Below are positions 54,290-63,947 of a stretch of DNA of 64,000 bases, in pieces (positions within the stretch are counted from its first letter, which is position 1; each line of letters opens with the position of its first letter). The notes under the pieces were generated by a model. It did not search any database. It saw only the letters and a program-made list of their open reading frames with translations, and was not told where the DNA came from. The DNA comes from Phascolarctobacterium sp. (GTDB lineage: Bacteria; Bacillota; Negativicutes; Acidaminococcales; Acidaminococcaceae), in NCBI GenBank assembly GCA_017623055.1, contig JAGAPX010000023.1, forward strand, positions 7,138-71,137, written 5' to 3'. The translations under genes and the position numbers were made by a program.

Positions 54290-55390
54290 ATGATAAACAA
54301 GAAGATCAAGGTCTTACTGCTCTCTGCTCCAATTGGTTCTGGTCACCGTCTGGCAGCAGAAGCGTTGAAAGAAACCTTTGAAAATAAAGAGAATATAGAA
54401 GTAGTCCACGGAAATGTTTTTGACTTCTTCCCTGAAATTTTAGGAAAGACTTTTTTAAGGGTGTACCTGTGGATTTTAGGTGCTTGTCCCTGGATGTACG
54501 AGCTTATGTATAAATGGGGAAACAAGGGTGAAGGTTCCTTGTGGATGCGTAGTTTAATCAATGGCGCTTTAGCATACCTTGGAAGTAGTTTTATTAGGAA
54601 GGTTGCACCTGACGTTGTTGTTGCTACACACGCTACGCCTGCCGGAATTATGAGCATTTACAAGCGTAGGAATAAAGCAAGCCTGTACCTGTGCGGAGTT
54701 ATTACAGATTTTACCGTACACCGTTGGTGGATATGCGAGGGAGTAGATACCTATTTTATTGCTGATGAACGCTTACGTGAAAAAATACCTGCAACCTTTG
54801 AAACTGTAGCCTATGGTATTCCCATTAGACATAGCTTCTTAAATTTGGACAAAGCATCTTGTTGTAAGGAGTTTGGTTGGAATGATGAGGATAAGGTTTG
54901 CCTTTTGATGGGTGGTGGCGATGGTCTCTTACCTATGGAAGAAATAATTGCTTCCTTAATAAAAGATAAGCCTGCCAATTTAAAACTTATTGCTTTAACC
55001 GGGAAGAACACTACCCTTTATAAAAAGCTCTTGTCTAAATTTGGAGATAGCGTTCAAATTTTGAAATACACAGAGCAAATTCCACAGCTTATGTGCGGAG
55101 CAGATATGATTATTTCTAAAGCAGGAGGTCTTAGTTCTGCAGAGGTGCTTGCTTCTGACTTGGACTTTATTATTTATAAACCGCTACCTGGTCAGGAAGA
55201 GAACAACGCTAAATTTTTAGCTACCAAATGCGGTGCGACCATTGCTTCTGATATGAAAGATATTACCCAAAAAGTAACAGAGCTTTGTAAATTAGAAGAA
55301 AATATAGCAAAGGAACGTGCTTATTACGGCAAACCTCAAGCCGCAGAAAAGATTAGCAACTATATCTTGGGGCGACTTTCTAAAATTTAA
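54290..55390 (+). CDS. MGDG-synthase-like/GT28 diacylglycerol glycosyltransferase (UgtP-like)
   Basis: N-terminal KVLLLSAPIGSGHRLAAEALKE pattern and C-terminal GT-B motif (ISKAGGLSSAE). ATG 54290. Confidence 0.65.
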   Translation: MINKKIKVLLLSAPIGSGHRLAAEALKETFENKENIEVVHGNVFDFFPEILGKTFLRVYLWILGACPWMYELMYKWGNKGEGSLWMRSLINGALAYLGSSFIRKVAPDVVVATHATPAGIMSIYKRRNKASLYLCGVITDFTVHRWWICEGVDTYFIADERLREKIPATFETVAYGIPIRHSFLNLDKASCCKEFGWNDEDKVCLLMGGGDGLLPMEEIIASLIKDKPANLKLIALTGKNTTLYKKLLSKFGDSVQILKYTEQIPQLMCGADMIISKAGGLSSAEVLASDLDFIIYKPLPGQEENNAKFLATKCGATIASDMKDITQKVTELCKLEENIAKERAYYGKPQAAEKISNYILGRLSKI

Positions 55391-55394
55391 CTAC

Positions 55395-55423
55395 TTGACC
55401 GATAAGAAAAAGACTATTATAAT
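55395..55423 (+). promoter_or_regulatory. near-consensus promoter upstream of dprA
   Basis: TTGACC (55395-55400), 17-nt spacer, TATAAT (55418-55423). A 7-bp hairpin TCTAACC/GGTTAGA follows in the leader. Confidence 0.55.
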
Positions 55424-55499
55424 GTAGAAAATTCTAACCTATGTGGGTTAGATATTAAAAAAATACAGTACCGTGATTAAATCATAAGGAGCTGAACAA

Positions 55500-56633
55500 T
55501 TGAACACTTTATATTTGGCGGCAGTATGTGCCGTTGTACCGGGTTTAGGACGCAGCAAAATTCACCAGTTGATGCAAAAATTCGGAAGTGCTAAGGCTCT
55601 CTTTGAAGCTAGCGAAGAAGCTTTGCTGGCGACAGGCATATGTGAGCCTAAAAGTGTAGTTCAATTCATTAGAAAGCGTAATTTTGATTTACCTAATAAG
55701 CTGGATACCTTTTGTAAATTACAGGGCGTGCAGCTCATAAGCATTTATGATGATGCTTATCCAAAGTCTTTACGGGAAATTCACGACCCGCCCTTAGTTT
55801 TATATGTGCACGGTCAATTACCTAACGCACCTTACTGTGCAGGTGTCGTAGGTTCTAGGGATGCTACTCATTACGGACTAAAGGCCGCAAATTATTTTGC
55901 CAGTGGTTTAGCGCAGGAGGGCATTCCTATTATCAGCGGTGGTGCTAAAGGCATTGACACTGCTGCTCACGAGGCAGTGCTCAAAGCTGGAGGAATTACC
56001 GTTGCAGTACTTGGCTGTGGTCTTGATATTAACTATCCTGCTGGCAACCAAAGGTTATTCGAACGCATTGCTGAACGTGGCGCGGTGATTAGTGAATATC
56101 CTCCGGGAACAGCACCCATGGCTATAAATTTTCCTGCCCGCAATAGAATCATTGTAGGCTTAAGCAGGGCAATCGTCGTTGCAGAAGCTGCACGTAAAAG
56201 TGGAGCGCTCATTACTGCACACATTGCTGCTGATGAAGGTCGTGAAGTGTATTGCGTACCGGGAAACATTTTTGATGGCTCTAGCGTTGGCTGTCACGAT
56301 TTAATCCGTCAAGGTGCAAAACTTGTAGATTCCGTGGCAGACATTTTAGAGGATAAAGCTGCTTGGCAGATAGCAATGCAAAATAAAATCTTTCAGCCTA
56401 GTATTTTTGCCAGAGTTGAGGAAAAGGCTACTACATCTTTTGAAGCAAAACCTTTACCTGCAACTGAACTTGGCAAAAAAATTATAGCGCTTTTACAACA
56501 AGGACCCTTATCCTTAGAAGAAATAACAGAACAAAGTGGAGAAGCCGTACCCATAATCAGTATGGAGCTGTTAGAATTACAGCTTGCAGGATATATTGAT
56601 GTGGATAGGGCACAAAGATACTTCCGCTTGTAG
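55500..56633 (+). CDS. dprA: DNA processing protein DprA
   Basis: VVGSRDAT, GGAKGIDTAAHEAVL and FPARNRII motifs. TTG start with AAGGAG 8 nt upstream. Confidence 0.9.
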   Translation: MNTLYLAAVCAVVPGLGRSKIHQLMQKFGSAKALFEASEEALLATGICEPKSVVQFIRKRNFDLPNKLDTFCKLQGVQLISIYDDAYPKSLREIHDPPLVLYVHGQLPNAPYCAGVVGSRDATHYGLKAANYFASGLAQEGIPIISGGAKGIDTAAHEAVLKAGGITVAVLGCGLDINYPAGNQRLFERIAERGAVISEYPPGTAPMAINFPARNRIIVGLSRAIVVAEAARKSGALITAHIAADEGREVYCVPGNIFDGSSVGCHDLIRQGAKLVDSVADILEDKAAWQIAMQNKIFQPSIFARVEEKATTSFEAKPLPATELGKKIIALLQQGPLSLEEITEQSGEAVPIISMELLELQLAGYIDVDRAQRYFRL

Positions 56634-56644
56634 GGGGAACTTTC

Positions 56645-58756
56645 ATGACGAAAAATCTGGTTATAGTCGAATCTCCGACTAAATCCAAGACAATAGAAAA
56701 GTTTTTGGGCAAAACCTATACTGTCCGTGCTTCCATGGGGCATCTGCGCGATTTACCCAAGAGCACCTTTGGTGTGGATATCGAGAATAATTTTGAGCCT
56801 AAATACATTAACATCCGTGGCAAGGGTGATTTGATTAAAGAACTGAAGGCTTTGGCTAAAAAAGCTGACAAAGTTTTTCTGGCAACTGACCCTGACCGCG
56901 AGGGCGAAGCAATTAGCTGGCATTTGGCTCATCTTTTGGATATTGAGCCTGAAAAGAAATGCCGCATTGAATTTCACGAGATTACTTCTACCGCTATCAA
57001 GGACGCGCTTAAAAATCCTCGTCCTATTGATATGGAAAAAGTTGATGCACAACAAGCACGCCGTATCATCGACCGGATCGTTGGCTATAAACTTAGTCCG
57101 CTCCTGTGGCGTAAGATTCGCAAGGGTTTGAGTGCTGGTCGTGTACAATCCGTTGCTGTTAAGATTATTGCGGATAGGGAAAAAGAAATTGCAGATTTCA
57201 TTCCCCAAGAGTACTGGACCTTGAACGCCAAGCTGCGTGAAAATAGCAAATCTCCTATTTTTGAGGCAGAAGCTGTTAAGTATAAAGGTAAGAAGTTAGA
57301 GATTAAGAATGCCGAGCAAGCTAAGGCTGCTGAAGAAGCACTTTTAAATGCTAACTTCATTATTAGTGAGGCAACCAAGAAGGAACGCAAGCGTCGCTCC
57401 GCTCCGCCTTTTACAACCTCCAGCCTGCAACAGGAAGCTAATAAAAAATTAAACTTTACTGCTAAAAAGACCATGATGGTTGCCCAACAGCTTTATGAAG
57501 GCGTATCCTTGGGTAAATCTTCTGTGGGTCTTATCACCTATATGCGTACTGACTCCGTTCGCTTTGCAGATAGCGCTCGTGATGAAATTCGTAATTACAT
57601 TGCAGATACCTTTGGCAAGGAGTTCTGTCCTGCTAAACCTAATTTCTACAGCAGTAAGAAGAATGCGCAGGATGCTCACGAAGCAATTCGTCCCACCAGC
57701 GTATTACGTACTCCTGCAGAAATTGCTCATCATCTGACAAGGGATCAGTTGAAGCTTTACACCTTGATTTGGAATAGGGCAGTAGCTAGCCAAATGAGTG
57801 ACGCTGTGTACGACGTAACCACCTTGCTTATTGACGCAGGAGATTATCAATTACGTGCCAGCGGTGCCATCTTGAAATTCCCCGGTTATATGCAGCTGAG
57901 CGGTAAATCTGCAGAGGACGAAAAAGAAAAGCAAGTGCCTTACCTTGCAGTTGGTACAGAGCTTTTACTGCACAAGCTTTTGCCTGCGGAACAACACTTC
58001 ACTGAACCGCCTGCACATTTTACCGAAGCAACCTTGGTAAAAGAATTGGAAGAAAAAGGCATTGGTCGCCCTAGTACCTACGCACCTACCATCCAAACTA
58101 TTTTGGATAGGGGCTACGTTGCCAAAGACGGTAAGAAGATTATTACCACTGAGCTTGGCTTGCTGGTAGTTGATATGCTCACCAAGTACTTTGCTGGTTT
58201 AATAAGCATTCCTTTCTCTGCTGAGATGGAAAACTCTCTTGATGAGATTGCGGAAAACCATGCAGATAAAAATGAAATCATTGGTAAGTTCTATGAACCC
58301 TTCTCTAAAGATTTAGAAAAGGCAGATGCAGATATCGTGGCTGTGGAACTTCCTGTTGAAATTAGTGATGTGGCTTGCGATAAATGCGGACGTATGATGG
58401 TAATCAAGGATGGTCGCTTTGGCAAATTCCTTGCTTGTCCCGGCTTCCCCGAATGTCGCAACACTAAACCCATCTTGAAAAAGATTGGTATTAAATGCCC
58501 TATCTGCGGTGGGGAAGTAATCGAACGTAAGACCAAGACCAGAAAAATTTTCTACGGCTGTGAAAATTATTCCAAGAATAGTGATGGCTGCAGCTTCCTG
58601 TCTTGGGACAAACCTACCGATAAAAAATGTGATAAATGTGGCTCCATGCTTATGGAACACATTGATAAAGCTAGAAGAAAGAAACTTTATTGCATAAATC
58701 AGGACTGCAGTAATAGCAAGCCTGTTAGAAAGGTAAGCAAAAAAAGTGAATCATAA
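56645..58756 (+). CDS. topA: DNA topoisomerase I
   Basis: TOPRIM start [18 protein letters not shown], active-site region [10 protein letters not shown], three C-terminal Cys4 zinc ribbons. Confidence 0.95.
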   Translation: MTKNLVIVESPTKSKTIEKFLGKTYTVRASMGHLRDLPKSTFGVDIENNFEPKYINIRGKGDLIKELKALAKKADKVFLATDPDREGEAISWHLAHLLDIEPEKKCRIEFHEITSTAIKDALKNPRPIDMEKVDAQQARRIIDRIVGYKLSPLLWRKIRKGLSAGRVQSVAVKIIADREKEIADFIPQEYWTLNAKLRENSKSPIFEAEAVKYKGKKLEIKNAEQAKAAEEALLNANFIISEATKKERKRRSAPPFTTSSLQQEANKKLNFTAKKTMMVAQQLYEGVSLGKSSVGLITYMRTDSVRFADSARDEIRNYIADTFGKEFCPAKPNFYSSKKNAQDAHEAIRPTSVLRTPAEIAHHLTRDQLKLYTLIWNRAVASQMSDAVYDVTTLLIDAGDYQLRASGAILKFPGYMQLSGKSAEDEKEKQVPYLAVGTELLLHKLLPAEQHFTEPPAHFTEATLVKELEEKGIGRPSTYAPTIQTILDRGYVAKDGKKIITTELGLLVVDMLTKYFAGLISIPFSAEMENSLDEIAENHADKNEIIGKFYEPFSKDLEKADADIVAVELPVEISDVACDKCGRMMVIKDGRFGKFLACPGFPECRNTKPILKKIGIKCPICGGEVIERKTKTRKIFYGCENYSKNSDGCSFLSWDKPTDKKCDKCGSMLMEHIDKARRKKLYCINQDCSNSKPVRKVSKKSES

Positions 58757-60068
58757 ACCTATACATGTAATCGGTGCCGGACTTGCTGGTAGTGAAGCAA
58801 CCTGGCAAATAGTTAAATATGGTATCCCTGTTATTCTGCACGAGATGCGCCCTGTAAAAAGCAGCGCTGCTCACAAGACCAATTACTTTGCAGAATTAGT
58901 ATGCAGTAACAGCCTGCGCGCAGGTAATATTGAAAACGCAGTAGGCTTGCTTAAGGAAGAAATGCGTCGTCTTGGTTCCCTCATTATGCAACAAGCTGAC
59001 GCGCACCAAGTACCTGCTGGCGGTGCTCTTGCCGTAGACCGCGAAGGTTTTGCGGCAAGCATTACTGAAATCGTAACTAATCACCCGCTGGTAACTGTTG
59101 TTCATGAAGAAGTAACTGACCTTGCCAGCTTGGAAGGTACTGTTATTGTAGCAAGTGGTCCTTTAACTTCTGACGCACTTTTTGCCAACATTAAAGAGAT
59201 GCTCCAAGAAGATTATTTCTATTTCTTTGACGCAGCAGCACCCATCGTAGCAGCAGATTCCTTAAACTACGACAAGGTTTACCGTGCTTCCCGTTACGAC
59301 AAAGGAGATGCAGACTATTTGAACTGTCCCTTTGAAACTAAGGAAGAATACCTTGCTTTTTGGGAAGCTTTGAAAACTGCAGAGCTTGCTCCTGTCAAAG
59401 ACTTCGAAAAAGAAGTTTTCTTCGAGGCTTGCATGCCAATCGAAGAAATGGCAAACAGGGGAGAAGACACCATGCGTTTTGGTCCTTTGAAGCCTGTTGG
59501 CTTAGTTGACCCGCGTACTGGCAAAGAAGCCTACGCCGTTGTACAACTTCGTCAAGACAATGCAGCGGCCTCATTATATAATATTGTAGGTTTCCAAACC
59601 CATCTTAAATGGCCGGAACAAAAACGTGTCTTTGGTATGATTCCCGGACTGGAAAATGCTGAGTTCGTACGCTACGGCGTAATGCATAAGAACACTTATA
59701 TGAATTCTCCGCAGCTTTTGGATAACAAGTTTAATCTGCGTAGCGATAAACGCTTCTACTTCGCTGGTCAAATGACTGGCGTAGAAGGTTACGTGGAATC
59801 AGCAGCAAGTGGTCTGATGGCTGGCTTGCACGCTGCACGTGCCACTTTAGAGCTAGAAGCAGTAGAGTTCCCCTCTGAAACTGCACACGGCGCTTTGGCA
59901 AACTACATCAGTAATCCCGAAGTAAAAGAGTTCCAACCCATGAACGTCAACTTCGGCTTGATTCCGCCTTTGACCCAACGCATCCGCAAAAAACGTGAGA
60001 AGAATACTATGATTGCGGCTCGCTCTTTAGAACAACTTGATATCTTGAAAGAAAAGTATAATATTTAA
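58746..60068 (+). CDS. trmFO: methylenetetrahydrofolate--tRNA-(uracil-5-)-methyltransferase TrmFO
   Basis: FAD motif [11 protein letters not shown] and the TrmFO/Gid pattern. The GTG start overlaps the topA stop. Order topA-trmFO-xerC matches B. subtilis. Confidence 0.95.
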   Translation: MNHKPIHVIGAGLAGSEATWQIVKYGIPVILHEMRPVKSSAAHKTNYFAELVCSNSLRAGNIENAVGLLKEEMRRLGSLIMQQADAHQVPAGGALAVDREGFAASITEIVTNHPLVTVVHEEVTDLASLEGTVIVASGPLTSDALFANIKEMLQEDYFYFFDAAAPIVAADSLNYDKVYRASRYDKGDADYLNCPFETKEEYLAFWEALKTAELAPVKDFEKEVFFEACMPIEEMANRGEDTMRFGPLKPVGLVDPRTGKEAYAVVQLRQDNAAASLYNIVGFQTHLKWPEQKRVFGMIPGLENAEFVRYGVMHKNTYMNSPQLLDNKFNLRSDKRFYFAGQMTGVEGYVESAASGLMAGLHAARATLELEAVEFPSETAHGALANYISNPEVKEFQPMNVNFGLIPPLTQRIRKKREKNTMIAARSLEQLDILKEKYNI

Positions 60069-60099
60069 TTAAATCCGTTTGTTAAAAACTACAATTTAA

Positions 60100-60114
60100 A
60101 ATTTTCAGAATACC
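60100..60114 (+). promoter_or_regulatory. candidate CodY box abutting the xerC-codY promoter
   Basis: AATTTTCAGAATACC matches the consensus AATTTTCWGAAAATT at 12 of 15 positions, with the first 11 positions perfect. It ends 1 nt before the -35 hexamer. Confidence 0.45.
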
Positions 60115-60143
60115 TTGACCTTACTAAACGATTGCGTTATGAT
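60115..60143 (+). promoter_or_regulatory. candidate promoter of xerC-codY
   Basis: TTGACC (60115-60120), 17-nt spacer, TATGAT (60138-60143). Confidence 0.5.
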
Positions 60144-60166
60144 AAAAGCGCAATCGTTTTACTTTT
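60126..60166 (+). terminator. 11-bp perfect inverted repeat (trmFO terminator and/or operator) overlapping the xerC promoter
   Basis: AAACGATTGCG, 12-nt loop, CGCAATCGTTT, followed by TACTTTTTAT. The -10 hexamer sits in the loop. Confidence 0.5.
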
Positions 60167-60185
60167 TATAAGGAGTGTTGTGAAG

Positions 60186-61094
60186 ATGAATAAAGCTCAG
60201 CAAAAATTTTTACAACGTTTTCTTACGTATATAACGGTTGAAAAGAGTAGTAGCCTGCTCACGGTAAATAATTATGAGCGTGATATCAATAGCTTCTCTG
60301 AATTTCTTGTAACGCGCTTTGGTGAAAGCTTCCAATGGAAGCAGGTAGGAGCACTTGATATTAGAGCCTACCTTGCAGAACTGAACAAGCAGGACTACGC
60401 ACGTAGAACCATTGCCAGAAGAATCTCTGCCTTGCGTTCCTTCTATAAGTATATGGTTCGGGAAAATATCTTGGAATATAATCCCTTTGCCAAAGTGAAA
60501 TCTCCTAAGCTAGAAAAAAAACTGCCTGTATTTTTGGAAGAGCTGGAAATAAACGAGCTTCTTGAGCAGCCACCTAAGGAAGGCTTGGGCTTACGTGACC
60601 AAGCGATTTTAGAACTTCTTTACGCTACGGGTTGCCGTGTTTCTGAATTAGTAGGCATAACCTTAGAGCGCTTAGATTTAAGCAATCAATTTGTTTTGCT
60701 TTTGGGTAAGGGTAATAAGGAGCGCATTGTTCCTTTAGGAAATACCTGTTGCCAAGCCATTAAGCGTTATTATCCCATACGCTCACAGCTGATGCTGAAA
60801 TATAATGCACCTGCACATGAGTCTGTTTTCGTTAATAGCCTTGGGGGGCCTTTGACGGACAGAAGTGTTAGACGCATTTTAGATAAATATATAACACAAC
60901 TTGCGGTTAGCAAAAAGGTGAGTCCTCATACCATTAGGCATACCTTTGCCACCCACCTCTTAGATCACGGGGCTGATTTAAGGGCGGTGCAGGAACTATT
61001 AGGGCACGCCAATCTGTCTACCACACAAATCTATACTCATGTGACCACGGAGAGGATAACCTCCGTCTACAGGAAGAACCATCCGCGTGCCTAA
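60186..61094 (+). CDS. xerC: tyrosine recombinase XerC (CodV-like)
   Basis: SAM-like N-domain. Catalytic region includes ATGCRVSEL, HTIRHTFATHLL and LGHANLSTTQIYTHV. AAGGAG upstream of ATG 60186. Confidence 0.85.
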   Translation: MNKAQQKFLQRFLTYITVEKSSSLLTVNNYERDINSFSEFLVTRFGESFQWKQVGALDIRAYLAELNKQDYARRTIARRISALRSFYKYMVRENILEYNPFAKVKSPKLEKKLPVFLEELEINELLEQPPKEGLGLRDQAILELLYATGCRVSELVGITLERLDLSNQFVLLLGKGNKERIVPLGNTCCQAIKRYYPIRSQLMLKYNAPAHESVFVNSLGGPLTDRSVRRILDKYITQLAVSKKVSPHTIRHTFATHLLDHGADLRAVQELLGHANLSTTQIYTHVTTERITSVYRKNHPRA

Positions 61095-61120
61095 TGTTTT
61101 AAAAGGGGGAGAATTCTATT

Positions 61121-61891
61121 ATGGAATTGCTGAAAAAGACAAGAAAGTTTAATAAGCTGCTTCAAAGAGGCGAAAATGTTGCGCTTACTGACATTGCCAA
61201 TTTGCTTTGTGAAGTTATCAACGCTAACACCTACATCGTAGGTCGCAAAGGCGAAGTTCGTTGCTACTCTTTGCTTGAAGATTTTGAATGTCCTGTTATG
61301 CGTGCAAAAGTTTTGGATAAAGGTGTGTTCCCTGAATACTATTATGAATATATTATGAGTGCAAGGGATACCGTTTCCAACGCATTGCATGCAGAAGAAG
61401 ACTGCTTTTTTAGTGAAGGTCAAAAATGCCTTTACGAAAATAAAAAGACTACCATTGTTCCCATCTACGGTAATGGTGAACGCCTTGGTACTTTGGTAGT
61501 TTCCAAACAAGTAGATGAATTCACTGATGAAGACTTGCTTTTGGCAGAATACGCTGCTACCGTTTTAGGTGTAAGAATTCTTCACGAACGTGAAGCTGAA
61601 ATCCAAGAAGAGACTCGTAAAAAAGTAATGGTGCAAATTGCTTTCTCTACCTTGTCTTATTCTGAACTGGAAGCAATCGTAAACATCCTTGGCGAGCTTG
61701 ATGGTAAAGAAGGTCTTCTCATCGCCTCCAAAATCGCTGATAGAGTAGGCATCACCCGTTCCGTAATCGTTAACGCGCTGCGTAAATTCGAAAGCGCAGA
61801 CCTTATTGAAACTCGTTCCCTTGGCATGAAGGGTACCTTTATCAGAGTTAAAAACGAATACCTCTTCGATGAACTGAAGAAGATTAAATAA
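61121..61891 (+). CDS. codY: GTP/BCAA-sensing global regulator CodY
   Basis: GAF N-domain and wHTH ASKIADRVGITRSVIVNALRKFESA. 256 aa. Confidence 0.95.
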   Translation: MELLKKTRKFNKLLQRGENVALTDIANLLCEVINANTYIVGRKGEVRCYSLLEDFECPVMRAKVLDKGVFPEYYYEYIMSARDTVSNALHAEEDCFFSEGQKCLYENKKTTIVPIYGNGERLGTLVVSKQVDEFTDEDLLLAEYAATVLGVRILHEREAEIQEETRKKVMVQIAFSTLSYSELEAIVNILGELDGKEGLLIASKIADRVGITRSVIVNALRKFESADLIETRSLGMKGTFIRVKNEYLFDELKKIK

Positions 61892-61906
61892 AAGGAGTGT
61901 ATCTTA

Positions 61907-62683
61907 ATGGAAAACGCTGTATTGTATGCTGTAGAAAACAACATTGCTACCATCACTCTGAACCGTCCGTCCAGCCTCAACTCTATGAACGACGCTTTGA
62001 TTGATGGCATTCACGAAGCACTTGACAAGGTGCAAGCTGACGCAGAAGTAAAATGCGTAGTATTGACCGGTAATGGTAAAGCATTTTGTGCGGGCGGCGA
62101 CTTGCCCTTCCTCGAAACCATTGACAATGTAGCTGATAAAAAAGCTTTCATCGCTAAAGTAGGCGACGTAGCAAAACGCATTACCAGCATTGAAAAACCC
62201 TTCATTTGCATGATTAACGGTGTAACCGCAGGCGCAGGCGTTAACCTGATGCTCTCCTGCGATTTGATTTATGCAACTGCTAAAGCAAAGTTTGCACAAA
62301 GCTTTGCTAAAGTTGGCCTTATTCCTGACTGTGGCGGCTTGTACTTCCTGCCTAAAGCTTGTGGCGTACACAAAGCTAAAGAATTAATGTTCACTGCTGA
62401 TTTGATTGACGCTGCAACTGCAGAAAAAATTGGTATGCTCAACCACGTATGCGCAGAAGAAGAATTGAAAGACGCTGTTTACGCAATGGCAGCTCGCTTG
62501 GCAGCAAGCGCACCGCTTTCCATTGGTTTGATTAAAAAATATTTGAACAACACCGCTTTGACTTTGGACGAAGTTCTTGCCATCGAAGAAACCACTCAAC
62601 CCTTGCTCATGGGTAGCGAAGACTGCAAAGAAGGCATCACCGCATTCAAAGAAAAACGTAATCCTGTTTTCAGCGGTAAATAA
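61907..62683 (+). CDS. enoyl-CoA hydratase/isomerase family protein
   Basis: Crotonase motifs GNGKAFCAGGDL and INGVTAGAGVNLMLSCDLIYA. Confidence 0.85.
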   Translation: MENAVLYAVENNIATITLNRPSSLNSMNDALIDGIHEALDKVQADAEVKCVVLTGNGKAFCAGGDLPFLETIDNVADKKAFIAKVGDVAKRITSIEKPFICMINGVTAGAGVNLMLSCDLIYATAKAKFAQSFAKVGLIPDCGGLYFLPKACGVHKAKELMFTADLIDAATAEKIGMLNHVCAEEELKDAVYAMAARLAASAPLSIGLIKKYLNNTALTLDEVLAIEETTQPLLMGSEDCKEGITAFKEKRNPVFSGK

Positions 62684-62690
62684 AATATAA

Positions 62691-62720
62691 AGACCAGCTT
62701 CCATATTCGGAGGCTGGTCT
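62691..62720. terminator. bidirectional intrinsic terminator
   Basis: AGACCAGCTTCC ATATTC GGAGGCTGGTCT (one G-U pair), with T-rich tracts on both sides. Confidence 0.75.
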
Positions 62721-62727
62721 AAATTTT

Positions 62728-63588
62728 TTACTGAACCTTTTCAACTTGTAGGAACACTTTATTAATGTAATTGCTTGGATCATTATGGAGTAAGTGGTTT
62801 TCAATGGGGAGGACGTAAACATCACCCACAGCTTGTAAATCGTTTGCATTTAAAAAATGCTCGACGTTTTTGGATACGACCTCTGCATTTTCGTAGAAGG
62901 TTCCCTTAAAATAAACTTCAACATACAAACCGACAGGCAGGGTGCGAAATTCACAGCCTTCTTCTGATTCTTCAGGTTCCTCATATTTATCAGGAGCATA
63001 AGAGAAAAAGGCGATGGTGTTACGCAACGGCTTGTGGCTCAAGAAAGCTTCGCGGTCAATTATCCAGCCAACAGTTTTATCAAGGACGTTATTATCCTCA
63101 AAGGTTTGTTCTGCGTGACGGGTAAAGAGCATAACTCTATCCTTGCCATTATAGGCATCAGTAGTAAGGGTTGCGCACAGCTTGCGCTCCTTACGCCAAG
63201 TAAGCAGAGGTTGGGTAAAGGGAGTTTGCTTTTCCACACTGATATTAGCAGAAAAAGAGTTGATGATTTTTAAAATATCTTGGTTTTCCCTGATAATCTC
63301 TTCACTTTCCTTACGCTTGCTTTCTAAAATTTCTACAAAATCTTCTTTAGAGCGGTTATTCAAATATTGTTTGATTAGAGCAATGCTGATGTTCAAGGAA
63401 CGTAAGCGGAGGATTACTTCCAAATCCATATATTGGTTCATATTATAATGTCTATATCCGTTTTCACTTACAAAGGCAGGGGAGAACAAACCCATTCTAT
63501 CGTAATAGAGTAGAGTCTGTTTAGAAATTCCAAATATATTGGCAAGCTCACCTGCTGTAAAGTAATGTTGTTTTTCTTCGTTAGTCAT
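62728..63588 (-). CDS. MerR-family regulator with GyrI-like effector-binding domain (BmrR-like)
   Basis: N-terminal HTH YFTAGELANIFGISKQTLLYYDRMGLFSP...GYRHY, coiled-coil linker and a C-terminal domain of about 160 aa. Confidence 0.85.
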   Translation of the reverse strand: MTNEEKQHYFTAGELANIFGISKQTLLYYDRMGLFSPAFVSENGYRHYNMNQYMDLEVILRLRSLNISIALIKQYLNNRSKEDFVEILESKRKESEEIIRENQDILKIINSFSANISVEKQTPFTQPLLTWRKERKLCATLTTDAYNGKDRVMLFTRHAEQTFEDNNVLDKTVGWIIDREAFLSHKPLRNTIAFFSYAPDKYEEPEESEEGCEFRTLPVGLYVEVYFKGTFYENAEVVSKNVEHFLNANDLQAVGDVYVLPIENHLLHNDPSNYINKVFLQVEKVQ

Positions 63589-63605
63589 CTTTCCCTCACA
63601 GTGTA

Positions 63606-63629
63606 ACTATATAGTAGGTATATACTTTA
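63606..63629. promoter_or_regulatory. 24-nt box, copy 1 (candidate MerR-type operator) in the regulator's leader
   Basis: ACTATATAGTAGGTATATACTTTA matches 63856-63879 at 22 of 24 positions. It contains the self-palindromes ACTATATAGT and GTATATAC. Confidence 0.4.
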
Positions 63630-63653
63630 TTCCATAATAATTTTCTTCTGAAA

Positions 63654-63662
63654 CATTATATC
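63654..63662 (-). promoter_or_regulatory. extended -10 element for the MerR-family gene
   Basis: Minus strand reads TGATATAAT. Confidence 0.35.
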
Positions 63663-63852
63663 ACAAAAATTTAAACTGTGTCTCAGAAGTTATTAGTAAT
63701 TTGTCTCAAAAATAGTCTTTCTAGAAGAATTTTAGAGTTCCATACGTTAAAAATTTGTTATAAAGAAAAATAGTCGGAAAATTTTACATTTCATTTTTTC
63801 ATAACGCTTCTTAAAAAACTTCAAAGATTTCTACAAAGTCTTAATTAGCTTA

Positions 63853-63883
63853 TTGACTATATAGTAAGTATATACCTTAGAGT
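63853..63883 (+). promoter_or_regulatory. MerR-type promoter with 19-nt spacer containing box copy 2
   Basis: TTGACT (63853-63858), 19-nt spacer (ATATAGTAAGTATATACCT), TAGAGT (63878-63883). It lies upstream of the partial gene at 63948. Confidence 0.4.
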
Positions 63884-63947
63884 TAGGGTAGAGTAAAATG
63901 TAAGCTCGTTTTGGAGAAGTGCTTGCATTATTAAGGAGATGAGTTGT

